A stretch of DNA of 64,000 nucleotides from Eledone cirrhosa (GCA_964016885.1 OZ024741.1:394878001-394942000), one strand, 5' to 3'; shown: positions 1 through 14,235, numbered from the stretch's first letter. The notes: generated from the letters alone by a model not told the origin. A program made the numbers and translations.

Positions 1-1215
1 TTTCTAGTATGTAGGAAGGAAAATAGGGTACTGGTCCCATCTGGGAAATGGCCATGCTCAGTGTGTAGGAAAGGAGTAGGCAGAAACTCCATTTTATGTC
101 CCAAATGCAAAGTATGGGTGCATAAAAGATGTAGTGGGATCACAGGTAAGCTGACTAAGAATATAGATTTTATATGTGGCCGGTGCTCAGGTGCAAGAAG
201 TAGCAGCAAGTGCCCACAGAATACCAGCTCTTTCAATTGCACAGAGGGCTCTATAGAAATAGTGGACACCCTCCGTTACCTGGGTGACAAAATAAGCAGT
301 GGTAGAAGGTGCTCTGAAAGTACAGTAGCTAGAGTCAGAACGGGATGGAAAAAGTTCAGAGAGCTTATACCACTATTGGCCGCTAAAGGTTTCTCTCTAA
401 AAATGAAAGGCAGGCTGTATGATGCCTGCATACGAACAGCAATGTTACATGGCAGTGAGACTTGGGCATTGTGTGCAGAGGATCTACACAGACTGGAGAG
501 GAACGAAGCTTGCATGCTCCGTTGGATGTGTAATAGTAATATACGTGAACGGCAAAGCATAAATGAACTAAGTGAGAAATTAGGAATAAGAGGGATCAGA
601 TGCTTTTTACTCATTGGTATGGTCATGTGATGCGCATGAAAGACGACAGCTGTATAAAAAAAAGTGCAGGGCGATCAAAATAGATGGTAGCCACGGAGTA
701 GGTAGACCCAGAAAAACCTGGGACGACTTGATAAATTCCGACCTCACACACTTATACCTCTCCAAGACAATGTCACTGGACCGAGATCTTTGGCGCTATG
801 CAGTAATACAGAAGACCCACCTTGCCTAAGTGCAAAGCGAAACCTACAGTCAGTAGGCACCTCTTACCAAAATACACCCCCGTCCCACTACCCCCACTCC
901 ACACCACCCCTTTCGATGTAAAGTTATGTTGGTACCACAACATCCAGTCCTAAATAAATGAGGTCGTGTAGGTGTCACGACAAAAAAAACACAGTCCACG
1001 CTGTAATGTGGCTGTGTAGGTAACACGGTAAAAACCTCCCAGTCCACACTGTAAACGTGATTGGTGTTAGGAAGGGCATCCAGCCGTAGAAAACTCGCCA
1101 GACAGTCGTATACGAGCAAGACAACCAATCTTGCCTCAAGTGGGAAAATTCCCATCCAAACCCATGCTAGCGTGGAAGATGGATGTTAAAAGATGATGAT
1201 GATGATGATGATGAT
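1..1215 (+). mobile_element. RTE-clade LINE, 3' fragment (end of RT with PHD-like finger, thumb, 3' UTR, (GAT)n tail)
   Basis: ORF 61-630 carries YLG...GWKKFREL...LYDACIRTAMLHGSETW; frameshifted GRPRKTW; shared 3' UTR motif TTGGTGTTAGGAAGGGCATCCAG; (GAT)n tail ~1192-1215. Confidence 0.92.
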
Positions 1216-2279
1216 ATATACGAAATGATACGGAGACGTCAGACGCATAGAGTTATACATAGATACAATCACATACGCAAAACTACATGTATTGTCCAGT
1301 GGAAGTATAAACAGCTTGGAGTATGCAAAAATACAAATGAACACACGCAGCCACATATATATAAAATTATATATATATATATAAATACACACACATACAC
1401 AGACATATACAGACATACATACACACACACATATATATATACATACATATACACATACACACATACATATATATATATATATACACAAAATATATATAAA
1501 AATATATGTGTTAGGTGATTCCAAAGAGGAAGCAAAGGAAAAAACGAGTGCTCTGTGTATAGAACAGAGCTGTAAGAATATTTTGTTGTTGAAAGTGTGA
1601 TAAAGGCTCAGGGTGGTAAAATAAGAGAGAATGTTCAGGAAAAGGTGAAGTAAAAAAGTGAATAATATGTAAAATAAATATAATATAAAGTAAAATAAAA
1701 TAAGTGTTGAATATGTAAAGTAAGAGATATTGTTCAAAGTAAAAGTAAAGGAAAAGAAGAAAGGAATAAAATAGGTGTAATATAAAATAAGGGCTTAATA
1801 TAAGTGTTGAATGTGTGATAAAGGTCCGTAGTGTTTAAAGTAAGAGAGTTCAAGGTGGGTAAATGTCCAAAGTGTTTTCATGCCGAGAAAGGAGGTCAGT
1901 TCTTATAGGTGGGCAAATTTTAAATATCTCAGAATTAGAGTTAAGACAGGTGTTGAGAGATTTCAGATTTTGTAGAATTCTATATTTTTCTGTTACGCAC
2001 AAGGTACCTTTCTTGTGCCTTTAACATATTCTTTTGATTTGTCTAAAATAGACCAATCAATTTCATATGGGATCCCACGCTCTTTCATCTGCCACACTCT
2101 ATTTGCCAACGCGTGTATGTGTGTGTATATGTATGTACACATACGTCTTTTTCTATATTGCTATATATTTTTATTTTTTATATATTATTTTTCTTACCCT
2201 TCTTTTTTTATATATATCTCCCGTTATTTTTCCAGCCTCATTTCCAATTTTTAACATTTTAAATCTCATTTCATATCTT

Positions 2280-2528
2280 TTATATATATATACATATATA
2301 TACATATACATATATATACATATATATATATACATATATGTACATAAACATATATATACATATACATATATATACATATACACATGTATATATATACATA
2401 TATGTACATAAACATATATATACATATATATACATATACATATACATATATATGTATGTATATGTATATGTATATATATGATATATATACATATACATAC
2501 ATATATATATATATACATATATATACAT

Positions 2529-2566
<38 letters not shown>

Positions 2567-3018
2567 TTTATATACACATATATATATAGATATACATATA
2601 TATACATATATATATATACATATATATATATGCATATATATATACATATATATACATATACATATATATACATATATATATACATATATATACATATATA
2701 TATATGCATATATATATATATACATATATGTATACATATATGTACATAAACATATATATACATATACATATATATACATACATATACATATATATGTATG
2801 TATATGTATATATATATGATATACATACATATATATATACATACACATATATATATATATACATTTATATACAGATATATATATAGATATACATATATAG
2901 ATATACATATATATATATGCATATATATATACATATATATACATATACATATATATATATATATATACATATATATACATATATATATATACATATATAT
3001 ACATATATATATATATGC

Positions 3019-3050
<32 letters not shown>

Positions 3051-3096
3051 ATATGCATATATATATATACATATATATATATGCATAGAGAGAGAG
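2280..3096. repeat. Compound (TA)n/(TACA)n microsatellite
   Basis: Directly visible; source of the spurious Y/I-rich ORFs. Confidence 0.97.
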
Positions 3097-3905
3097 AATT
3101 AGTATATCTACCAACATATGTATACAGATGTATACCCATGCTAGCAAATATATATGTTATGTCTTAGTACCTTTGTGGTTCTATGCAAGGGGATGCAGAA
3201 CAATTATATGAAAGACGTAAAATAAGAAAATTTTAAAATTAATTTACTTACTAAAATTTTCACTCCAACTAATTAGTTTCTGTAAGGGAATAAATATAGT
3301 TACGCAACGCAACTATAGCGAAATCCTTACGTCATCAGGGAGTCTATTCTCAGCTAAGTTCCCAGGCAATGCGCGGACACTAGGAACCCATATAAAAATA
3401 ATAATAATAATAATAATAACGTTTAATAATTACGTCTTTCATATAATTGTTCTGCATCCCCTTGCATAGAACCACAAAGGTACTAAGACATAACATATAT
3501 ATTTGCTAGCATGGGTATACATCTGTATACATATGTTGGTAGATATAGTAATTATCTATATTTATCTCCAAATTATTTGTTGAGCAAAACTTGCCGAAAT
3601 TTACTGCTATGGTTCATGGTAGTAGTTAGGCTCTTGTCTTATCACTACTCCACTCCTCACTGATTAACCTCAGTGTCACGTGATTGATTATTTAGAATTT
3701 GCCACTGACCAAGTAGGCAGTGAATTTTTTCAGTGCCCTGGAATCTAGTCCCCGCTCGGTTTTTTCCATCCATTGAATTATTATTTTTATATGGGTTCCT
3801 AGTGTCCGCGCATTGCCTGGGAACTTCGCTGAGAATAGACTCCCTGATGACGTAAGGATTTCTCTATAGTTGCGTTGCGTAACTATATTTATTCCCTTAC
3901 AGAAA
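3097..3905. repeat. Interleaved inverted duplications A-B-A'-B'
   Basis: 3097-3219 is the reverse complement of ~3430-3553; ~3276-3405 is the reverse complement of ~3777-3905. Confidence 0.9.
3262..3343 (-). ncRNA. Type I hammerhead ribozyme (PLE-type, palindromic stem III)
   Basis: Minus strand: ACUCC-CUGAUGA-[C GUAAGG..UAUAGUUGCG/CGUAACUAUA..CCUUAC A]-GAAA-CUAAUUAG-UU-GGAGU; stem I 5 bp, putative GUU site. Confidence 0.78.
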
Positions 3906-4134
3906 ATAATTCCGACCTTAACTATCAACGCATCTCTCCAAAAGTAACCAGTATAATAAAACCCCTACCATAACATTTTGATTAAGATATCTACAAACCA
4001 CTCTCTCCTACTTCTCCAACCCCTGCATATCTTTCTCTCTCTCTCCCTCTCCCCTACTTTTCTCTCTTTCTTTTCTACTCTATCTTCCCCAACAACCCCA
4101 CTTAAGGGTATTTACATTATACATTTTACCATTC

Positions 4135-4246
4135 TGCTCTGAGGATACAGTGGTCACAGCATTGGATATTTGAGTTCTGCAAATACTTGTAAATTTGCAC
4201 ATAGCATAACTAGGCTGTAGTACCACCGTGGAAACATTTGTAAGCA
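4135..4246 (+). ncRNA. Type I hammerhead ribozyme with long stem II
   Basis: UGCU-CUGAGGA-[UACAGUGGU..ACAGC/GCUGU..ACCACCGUG]-GAAA-CAUUUG-UA-AGCA; GUA site at 4240-4242; followed by AATAAA and (TA)n. Confidence 0.78.
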
Positions 4247-4275
4247 CACGGAATAAATTACCTTTTTATGATGTC

Positions 4276-4293
4276 TACCTGTTATTATTCATT

Positions 4294-4363
<70 letters not shown>

Positions 4364-4391
4364 TACATACATATATGTACATATATGTACA

Positions 4392-4476
<85 letters not shown>
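4276..4476. repeat. (TA)n microsatellite
   Basis: Directly visible. Confidence 0.97.
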
Positions 4477-4478
<2 letters not shown>

Positions 4479-6180
4479 CCAGGCCCTTTCCCTAGTCAGC
4501 CATTTCATCCGCAGAGGTCCCCCCTCTCTCGTCTACACCGCTCTCACCCGCGCCCGTGCTATCCCCCGCTACACCACCCTCACCCCACGCCACCGCACAC
4601 CCACCCACCGTCTCCCCTTCCCCATCACCTACCACCCCTCCACCACACCATCCGCCGCCTCTTCCGACGCCTTCAGTCCGACCCCTCCACCTCCCACATC
4701 TTCCCAACCCCACCACTCCCCTCCTTCAAACGCGCACGCAATCTCCGCACCCTCCTCGTCCACAGCTCCCTACCCCCCAACCCACGCTCTGTCCCCCCCC
4801 CCGGTTCCTTTCCCTGTTCTAGGCCCCGCTGCAACACCTGTCCCCACATCACCAACACCACCTTCCAGGGTCCCAACGGCCACTCTCTCTCGGTCCGGCA
4901 TGCCTTCCGCTGCACCTCCTCCAACCTAGTCTACGGACTTCTGTCGGACAGACGGGACGTCGCCTGGCGGACCGAGTCACGGAGCACCTCCGGGATATTC
5001 GTCTCGGGGGCAGTTCCCCCATCGCCCGCCACTTTGGTGGCCCTGGACACTCCGCACGCCATCTCACAGTCTGTGGCCTACTCCAGTGCCACGGAACACT
5101 CGACCATCGCCTTACGGTCGAACAACGAACTATCTTCATCTTACAGACCCACACTCCCCCCGGCCTGAACTCCCCACCCTTATTCCTTTAGCGTTCGACC
5201 GCCCCCCCCCCCACACTTATCCCCCACTAACACCACTAACACACCCCTTCTTTTCACCGCCCACCCCACACTAACAATACTAACACCTCCACTCCACCCC
5301 TCATCTGACCACCCTTCCCCAACTAACATACTAACATCCCTTCCCTCCCCTCTTCTCCTCCTTATCACACGCACACACCCACCGGCACATATATACACAC
5401 GCTCACACTAAACACACACCCTACTACCACCACTAAGCCTCACCCCCACACCTCTCACCCCACACCTCCATCCCACCACCCCGCAACTAACCTCACTAAC
5501 ACCCCCTAACCCCAAGCACACGAACACACGCACCCACTTACGCCACCCACCCCACACGCAACTAACATCACTAACACCCCCAACCCCACGCACACGTACC
5601 CACACACCCTCGTACACCACCAACTCTACACACCCTACCACCACTAACCCCCACTCACACCTGCATTCAACCCCTCCCCACCTCCCGTATACTAACACCC
5701 ACTAACACCTCTTCATCAAACTACACACACACCAGTACACCACACTCCCTCCATAGAACCACACACACCCTTCTCTCCCCGCTCCACCCACACCCTCGCT
5801 CCACACTCACTCATCCCACTAACACCCCTACTAATACACACACACACACACACACACCCTCCTCACTCCAACTTTCACACCTACCCATCCTCGCCCCTTT
5901 ACCATTCCACTGACTGCTGCTATGCCCTTCTGACCACCTCCCAGCACCAACAGACCACAGCACTCCCACTGCTGACCACTTCCTGTTGCGCGCGCACCCC
6001 ACATCTCTCCTCCTCCGACCACCGCTTCATGGATTACCTACACGCAGAAATTGACTTACAACCAATCCTCTAAACATCCTTGGAACTTACCAACTTTTCA
6101 ACCATCCTCTTACGTAATCACCTATATAACTCACCCACACACACACCCAAAAAAAATTTTTTTCTCCACACGCCACCCAC
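4477..6180 (+). mobile_element. Penelope-like element (Neptune-like) 3' fragment: Cys-rich linker, GIY-YIG endonuclease and C/A-rich 3' region
   Basis: PFPITYHP; [14 protein letters not shown]; [11 protein letters not shown]; [10 protein letters not shown]; after a frameshift [20 protein letters not shown]...[17 protein letters not shown]; 3' boundary approximate. Confidence 0.85.
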
Positions 6181-6186
6181 ACCCAC

Positions 6187-7060
6187 ATAGAGGAAACTAT
6201 AGAGGAAACTATAGAGGTATAAAGCTGATGGACCAGGTCATGAAAGTAACAGAAAGAGTTATAGCACAGTTGATTAGGGACCGGGTGAAATTAGATGAGA
6301 TGCACCACCTTGTGAGGCAGTTACAGGAAAAGTACCTAGCTAAAAGTAAGCCACTCTACCTGGCATTCGTTGATCTTGAGAAAGCCTTTGACAGAGTTCC
6401 CCGTGCTATAATCTGGTGGGCTCTTATAAAACTAGGAGTAGATAAATGGCTTGTGGAAGCTGTACAAGCCATGTATAGGGGAGTAGTCAGCAAAGTTAGG
6501 ATTAGCAATGACTATAGCGAGGAATTTAGCATACAGGTCGGTGTCCACCAGGGCTCTGTTCTTAGCCCTCTCCTGTTCATCATAGTTTTGCAGGCAATAA
6601 CGGAGGAGTTTAAGACCGGATGCCCATGGGAACTCCTGCATGCAGATAACCTCGCACTTATAGCTGAATCTATGGTAGAACTAGAGAAGAAATTCCAAAC
6701 TTGGAAGCAGGGACTAGAAAGAAAGGGTCTCAAAGTCAACATGACAAAGACTAAGATCCTTGTAAGTAGACGAGAAAACAGAACCCAGATCCCCTCGGGG
6801 AAATGGCCTTGCTCAGTATGTAGGAAAGGTGTAGGTAGGAACTCCATTCTCTGCCCCAAATGCAAACAATGGGTACACAAGAGATGTAGTGGGATCTCAG
6901 GAAGCTTAACTAAGAATGTAGGCTTCACATCTAGCAGCTGTGCTGGGACAGCAAACAGCCACAGGAAACAAGTACCAGCAAACAGCCACAGGAAACAAGT
7001 ACCACCAATCTCTGGGAGGGCTCTGTAGAAACAGTAGACAGCTTCTGCTACCTAGGTGAA
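6187..7060 (+). mobile_element. RTE LINE internal RT fragment
   Basis: NYRGIKL, FVDLEKAFDRV, GVHQGSVLSP, HADN (degenerate YADD), PHD-like finger; close match to 54330-55200. Confidence 0.93.
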
Positions 7061-7085
7061 CGAATGCATATATATATATATATAC

Positions 7086-7179
<94 letters not shown>

Positions 7180-7184
7180 TATAC

Positions 7185-7215
<31 letters not shown>

Positions 7216-7232
7216 CATATATATATATATAC

Positions 7233-7289
<57 letters not shown>

Positions 7290-7309
7290 TATATATATAC
7301 ATATATATA

Positions 7310-7790
7310 TGTAGCGACGTGGTTAGTCAGTCTGGTCACTACTTCCGATCAGATTCGAGAATAGCCCTTAAAAGGACTGTTATCGCATACGGTCTGATCG
7401 TATCTGAAGATAGCCCTTAAAAGAACTGTTGTCACATACGGTAAGGATGAACAGACGAAAGCACAAGTTGAAAGGACGAAGCAATGCGAGGGATGTAAAT
7501 TCGATCAGCTATTTATTTTCACATGAATTGACGATACGGGGTACAAAGCGTGTGAGTGACAAAGAGTGGCAGAGTAAAGGAACAACGATGCGCTAGCTGA
7601 CTCTGCCAAAAGTCGATTGGCGAAGTGTTGGAAACCACTCTATTTATACAGGAACAATCGTGTTGTTTAGTCGATGTGTAGGCGTTTATTCTGGTAGGTT
7701 CTAAGGGTTCTTTTGTTTCACGTTGAAGTAGCTAGCGAACAGGTAGATGGCGCTGTATATTTCACAGATGTTATTTCCGGTGGCTGTACA
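7310..7790 (-). repeat. 3' LTR of the Gypsy element
   Basis: TGTAGCGAC...GGCTGTACA, direct repeat of 12171-12653. Confidence 0.95.
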
Positions 7791-8719
7791 TTAGCGCCCT
7801 GCCAGTTCTTTTGTACAACAAAAGAGCGAAATATCGTATAGTAATGGGCTAGTGGTGCATTTGTCATGACAATAGCCCCAGGAGTGTCCAGCACGTTGTG
7901 AAATTTTGTGATCATCGAGTACAGGACCGAGTCGATGTAGAGATGATATGGCAAGATGTGTGTGTCAGGAAGAGAAAAAAGAAATAATCTATAAAATGAC
8001 TTTGACCAGATTTATGCAGGCGGGATGAATGAGCCTGTTGCAATTTGGGTTGAGCTGCCTGTGAATTGCGTGACAAAAAGTCTAACTGGGCAGTGAAGAT
8101 AACCGTAATGTGTGAACTGAATGGCCGTAAGCATGCTGCCTAAAAGTAACAGTTTGCTCCACATTATATGACTTGAGCGAATGCATGTGGTAAAAAAAAG
8201 CGAGGCATTCTCAAGCTATTGAGTGAATGTGTACGTGAAAAAAGAAGGCCAGTGTTTTGAGGATGCGATTTGTGAAATGCGTGAGCAAAGAGAAAACATT
8301 TTGTAGTGTAAGAGTTAGAGGGACACAAATATCTATTGCTCCGTGTATGAACCAAAAGGTGAAACAAACGTGGTTGTGTAGTGTGCATGAAAAACAGAAT
8401 ATGTACACGCCTTGTATGTATATAAAAATTATGGCAATTACACAATCAATGTTACAGAACAAGAAAAATAAAATTTTTTGCAAAACAAGAGAGAGAAGAA
8501 AAAATGTTATACACAATGATATACACAATGTTTGTTCTTAAATAGTGTTTGTAATAAATAATGTTCATAATAAATAATGTTCTTCGTGACATGAGCACAT
8601 GGTCACTAAAAATTGCAATTGTTCAAGCAGAAAGTTCATTGTATTTGAAACTGGAAATAGTAAACACAAGAAAAATGGAAATGTTTTGCACGAAGAATGA
8701 TTAAGAAACTCACTTGAGG

Positions 8720-11700
8720 TTAACTGTTATTCACATATTGTGCCAACTTGGCGGGCCAATGGACGCGTCGTCCACTTCTCGTGACTGGAGATGAAACAGG
8801 TGGCTCGCTGGGACAGCAATCTGTTGGAGTTTCTCGTGTAGAGACTGTAACAGTATTCATGATGGCTTTTTTTAATCTGTCCACGCTGACAGAATTCTGT
8901 TTACCATCTAGATTGAGAATAAAATATTTCGGATATTTTTTTAGAACACGATAAGGGCCAGAATATGGAGGTCGAAGATGAGCTGAGATGGTGTCATTTC
9001 GACCGAAAATGTGTGTCCAATCTTTAATGTCTGAAGGTACGTGTGTGGCCGTGTTCTGTTGACGGGTGCTTGCAGGAGCAAGGTGAGACATATATTGTCG
9101 AAGACGGTGTACGTATGATCCTGGGTCTGGAACATCCCGAGGAGAGATGGGAGCAACCATTGACCAGGTAGAACCAGGGTGGCGCCGTACACTAATTCTG
9201 CAGGTATGTGTCCGAATTCCTCCTTAACGGTGGATCGAATGCCCAGAAGGATGAGTGGTAGGTATTCAAACCAGTGGGTCTTGTCTGGATATGCTTTTAT
9301 TGCAGCTTTCAATTGGCGATGGAATCTTTCTACGAGACCATTAGCTTGCGGGTGATAAGCTGTCGTGCGGATGTGTTTACATCCTAACAGGCGAGTCAGT
9401 TCCCTGAAGAGGTGGGAGTCAAATTGGCGTCCCCTGTCTGTTGTTATCTTCGTTGGGGCGCCATAACGTGATACCCAATGTATAAGCAAAGTTTTAGCGA
9501 CTGTTTCCGCTGAGGTATCATTTATGGGAAAAGCCTCAGGCCAACGAGAAAATCGATCTATGCAGGTGAGCAAGTGTGTGTAGTTCTGTGATGGTGGTAG
9601 AGGTCCGACGATGTCGATATGCACATGATGAAAACGTGCATCAGGTTGCGCGAATGTGGCGAGTGGAGTTTTGATGTGTCTGTGGACTTTGGCTTTCTGA
9701 CAGGCAATGCAGCTCCTGGACCAGTCGCGCACGTCCTTGTTAATGTTAGTCCACACAAAACGAGCAGAGATGAGTTTCTGTGTAGCCCGGATTCCCGGGT
9801 GAGACAAGCAGTGTAAAGCAGAAAAAAACTTGGCGACGATGCATCTGTGGTACGTACGGTCGTTCATGACCGGTAGAAAAGTCGCACCAAATTTGTCCCG
9901 GAGAAGAAGGAATGGGAACTTGCTGAAACTTGGGGGATGGCGAATCTCGGAGTTTGATAAACTCTTCGTCAGTCTCTTGGTCAGCTGCGATCTGTTGAAG
10001 GTCGATGCCTGAATGCACATGTATTGCGTTCAGCTGGATTCGGGACAGGGCGTCGGCTGCTACGTTGTCTGATCCCTTGATATGCCGAATATCAGTTGAA
10101 TATTGGGATACAAAATCCAGGTGTCGGAGTTCTCATGGTGAATGTCGATCAGGTTTGGTACGGAACGCATAAACTAGTGGTTTATGGTCCGTGTAGATCA
10201 CGAAATCTGATCCTCCTAGCATGTGCCGAAAATGCTTAACCGAAAGATAAGTTGCCAAGAGTTCGCGGCCAAAGGTACTGTATTTCGTTTCTGCCGGTTG
10301 CAACCGCTTAGAAAAGAAGGATAAGGGTTGCTACACGCCGTCGACATGTTGTTGTAAAACGCCTCCAAACCCCGTGTCTGATGCGTCCACTAGCAGCGAA
10401 AGAGGAGCGCCAGACCTGAGGAAAACGCGCATGGAAGCGTTTGACAACATTTCCTTCAGGCGGTTAAAAGATGTTAATTCTTCCTCGTTTAGAGTGATCT
10501 CTTCCTTTTTGCGAGTCCGGTTACGAAGAAGGTCTGTGAGGAGTCTGGCTGCGTCGGAACAATGAGGGATAAAACGCCTATAAAAATTCACCAGACCGAG
10601 GAATTCACGCAGTTTCCGAAGTGATGTAGGTGCGGGAAAACTGCGGATAGCTTCTACTTTCTCGGGAAGTGGACGAATGCCGTCTTTATCGATGATGTGC
10701 CCGAGAAAGGACAGTGAAGGAACGCTGAGAAGGCACTTGCTGGGTTTGATGATGATACCGTACTCAGCCAAACGTTGGAAAAGGAGATCTAAGTGCTTCT
10801 CGTGTTCTTGCTCAGAAGTACTTGCTACCAGCACGTCGTCAATATACGCGTATACGAAGGGTAGATCGCGTAACATGGTGTCAATAAACCGCTGAAAAGT
10901 TTGTGCAGCGTTGCGCAGACTGAACGGCATTCGCAGAAATTCGAATAAACCGAACGGTGTTGTGATTGCGGTCTTCGGAATATCTGCAGGCTCCATAGGT
11001 ATCTGGTTATATGCACGGACCAAATCTATCTTGGAAAAGATGCGTGCGCCTTGCAGAGAGGCAGAAAAATCGTGCAGGTGAGGTACAGGGTAATTATCGG
11101 GCACTGTAGAATTGTTAAGTGCACGATAATCCCCACATGGTCGCCAATCATTCTCGTTTTTTTTAGGAACAAGTGTGTAGGGGTGCAGACCAGTCGCTGG
11201 AAGAAAGGCGAATGATTCCGAGGTCCAGCATGTGTTGGAACTCCTGTTTGGCGATTCTCAATCGGTCTGGAGGCAGTCTCCTTGGTCGGGCAGATGTGAG
11301 TGGTCCTCTTGTCTCGATGTGGTGTGTGACACTATGCTTAATAGGACCATCCTTAAATACCGGGCGAGTGATGTCTGGGTATTTCTGGAGAATGCTGTTG
11401 TACCACGAAGACTCTGACTGGCAAATTACAGGGCTCACTGTGGATTGCGTGGTAAATATACCTCTCGCAGTGAGGTTTGTGGTGGTGTCAATAAGCCTCC
11501 GGTTCTTCATATCCACCAGAAGGTTGAAGTGGTGGAGAAAATCGGCTCCTAGGATAGGGGTCGGCAGGTCTGCCACGACGAACACCCATTGAAAACGCCG
11601 CCTCAGGCCTAAATTGAGGGTCAGCGATTTCTCCCCGAAAGTCGGAATTGACAATTGGTTCACTGCCTGCAGAAAGGACGGTGTTGGATGCCCGAGATTA

Positions 11701-11760
11701 GTGAAACAGGAATAACACTAACCTGGGCACCTGTATCCACGAGGTAACGGATGCATGTCG
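8720..11760 (-). pseudogene. Gypsy pol (PR-RT-RH-INT) with frameshifts and stops
   Basis: ORFs 11163-11663, 10331-11104, 8941-10020 and 8720-9160 are consecutive pol segments in different frames; GPY motif at the C-terminus. Confidence 0.93.
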
Positions 11761-11819
11761 CTTGGTCGTTAATAAAAAAAATAGACGACTTTTCTTTTCA
11801 GTACCAGGTGTGAACGTCG

Positions 11820-12111
11820 CCGCTAGGCCCTGGGTGGTATTCTGGAAAGAGCACGGGGCTTTGCACTTAGATGCCTGTGCGCCGAATTTTGCGTGATACC
11901 AGCAGAGGTTGCCAGGCACACGGTTTTGACTGGGACTTCTGGATCTTCGACTGTGAAAAGGCCTGGATTGACTGTTGCTGCGTCGCCGGTGTGTTTGAAA
12001 AGTCAGGTTCTCTACTTGATTTGAGAGGGCTTTAATTTGACCAGCCCGCTCTCTGATCATAGCCCGCAGCTCTGAAATCCCGGCCTCTGTCGTTGGTTGT
12101 GACATGTCCAT
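11820..12111 (-). pseudogene. Gypsy gag, C-terminal remnant only
   Basis: RSRSPS linker plus CHCC finger; begins only ~25 nt after the PBS, so the capsid portion is absent. Confidence 0.8.
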
Positions 12112-12136
12112 GTTGGTATCTTCTTAGGTGCTGTCT

Positions 12137-12168
12137 GGTTGCGCGTTCGAATCACGTCGAGGTCACCA
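12137..12168 (-). promoter_or_regulatory. Primer-binding site complementary to tRNA-Trp (extended)
   Basis: Plus strand GGTTGCGCGTTCGAATCACGTCGAGGTCACCA resembles the 3' end of eukaryotic tRNA-Trp including CCA; lies 2 nt from the LTR. Confidence 0.85.
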
Positions 12169-12170
12169 AT

Positions 12171-12758
<588 letters not shown>

Positions 12759-13003
12759 CGAAGGAAATGTGGTAAGGAACCAGGTGGACCATAACGCACC
12801 AAAGTACTCAATACTTGAGGTAGTAGAGTGGGTAATAGGAACCAGTAAGACCCCGACAGCTGAGCTCAAGCCGTTTCGACGGCTAATATATATATATATA
12901 GTAGGTGAATGACCCACCATTGCCCGAGTTACTGCTGTTCTTATTCAGATTAGTTAACAATAAATATGAAAATATATGTTTTTCCCATAATTATTTCAAA
13001 ATA

Positions 13004-13561
13004 TCTATCTCTTTTTGTATAAAATTCTGTCTCTCTGTCTGTCTGTCTTTTCCTTATGCAATCTCAAACGGCTCGACCATATCAAATCAAATTTTAGACC
13101 CCGGGATTAACAACATGTAATTTTTATTTTTATTTGGAGTAGAACAATATAACATTTTATCTAAAATAATTTTTCTACAGTCAACTATAAGTAAATGGAT
13201 TTTTTATAATATGACGAAGATGATGTCACATTTTGTATAGGAGTGTGTATGGGTCTGTCATTGTGTGTTTGCGCGTTCATTACATACGTTAGGCCTTAGT
13301 AATTTACATATTCACACATCTTCATGTAAATATTTAATCAGATACACAGAGATCACACACATCTACACATGTGATGACACAATGAATACTACTTACCCTA
13401 AGGCGCTTCAACATTGACAGATTATCATTACAATTTTGATATTCTTTTTATAATATAGATATTTTGAAATAATTATGAGAAAAAATATATCTTCATATTT
13501 ATTGCTTACTAATCTGAATTAGAACAGCAGTAACCTGGACAACGCCGGGTCATTCAGCAAG
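13004..13561 (+). mobile_element. Non-autonomous Helitron-like element
   Basis: 5' TCTAT..(CTGT)n; 3' hairpin CCTGGACAACGCCGGG followed by CAAG (degenerate CTAG). Confidence 0.55.
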
Positions 13562-14069
13562 TGTATATATATGTATATATATATATACAGTGGCGGACGG
13601 GGTCTAAAAATATTGATTGCCAGGAGATAAAGGAGGCCCGCCCACATATAGAATGCTATCATTTAATTCTTATAATGAATAAATAATATTTTCAAAAAAT
13701 ACGTAAGTGAAAACAAAACAGTGCAATCAAATGTTTGCTGGAAAAAATGTGTATTTTTTTTACTAATGATAGTATACAGAAATGGCAGTACACAGTAATA
13801 CTAAATGTTAATGCAGAATGTTATGATTAAATTTTTAAATAATTGTGAATGTATAGTATACTGTTATTTAGAGTAGAGTATGCAAGTGATCGTTCTTACC
13901 TTCTCCAATATAAAGTACCTTGTGAAATATACACATCCAGAGACTTTCATTAATGACCTTTGGTCTTTCACACTCACTCAATATATATATCTGGGAGTGT
14001 ATAGAGAGATTTATATATATGTATACATACATGTTTTCAACTTGTACAAACATTATTTGACTCATAGAG

Positions 14070-14235
14070 TTACGGCCCTTTATGATATGAGTTCAAATCC
14101 CGCCGAGGTTAACTTTGCCTTTCATCCTTACGGGGTCGATAAAATAAAGTAACAGTCACGCACTGGTATCGATTTAATCGACTTTTCCCTCTCCCGAAAT
14201 TACTGGCCTTGTGCCTATACTAGAAATCATTATTT
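14070..14235 (+). mobile_element. tRNA-derived SINE (5'-truncated)
   Basis: B box GAGTTCAAATCCC and core AACTTTGCCTTTCATCCTTACGGGGTCGATAAAAT shared with 19076-19264. Confidence 0.85.

Noticed and set aside
1183-3147. Many long Y/I/H/T- or Y/I/C/V-rich ORFs (also near 4300, 7100, 12700, 17100)
   Set aside because: Translations of (TA)n/(TACA)n microsatellites, not genes
13588-13625. hAT-like terminus CAGTGGCGGA
   Set aside because: No matching opposite TIR or TSD found
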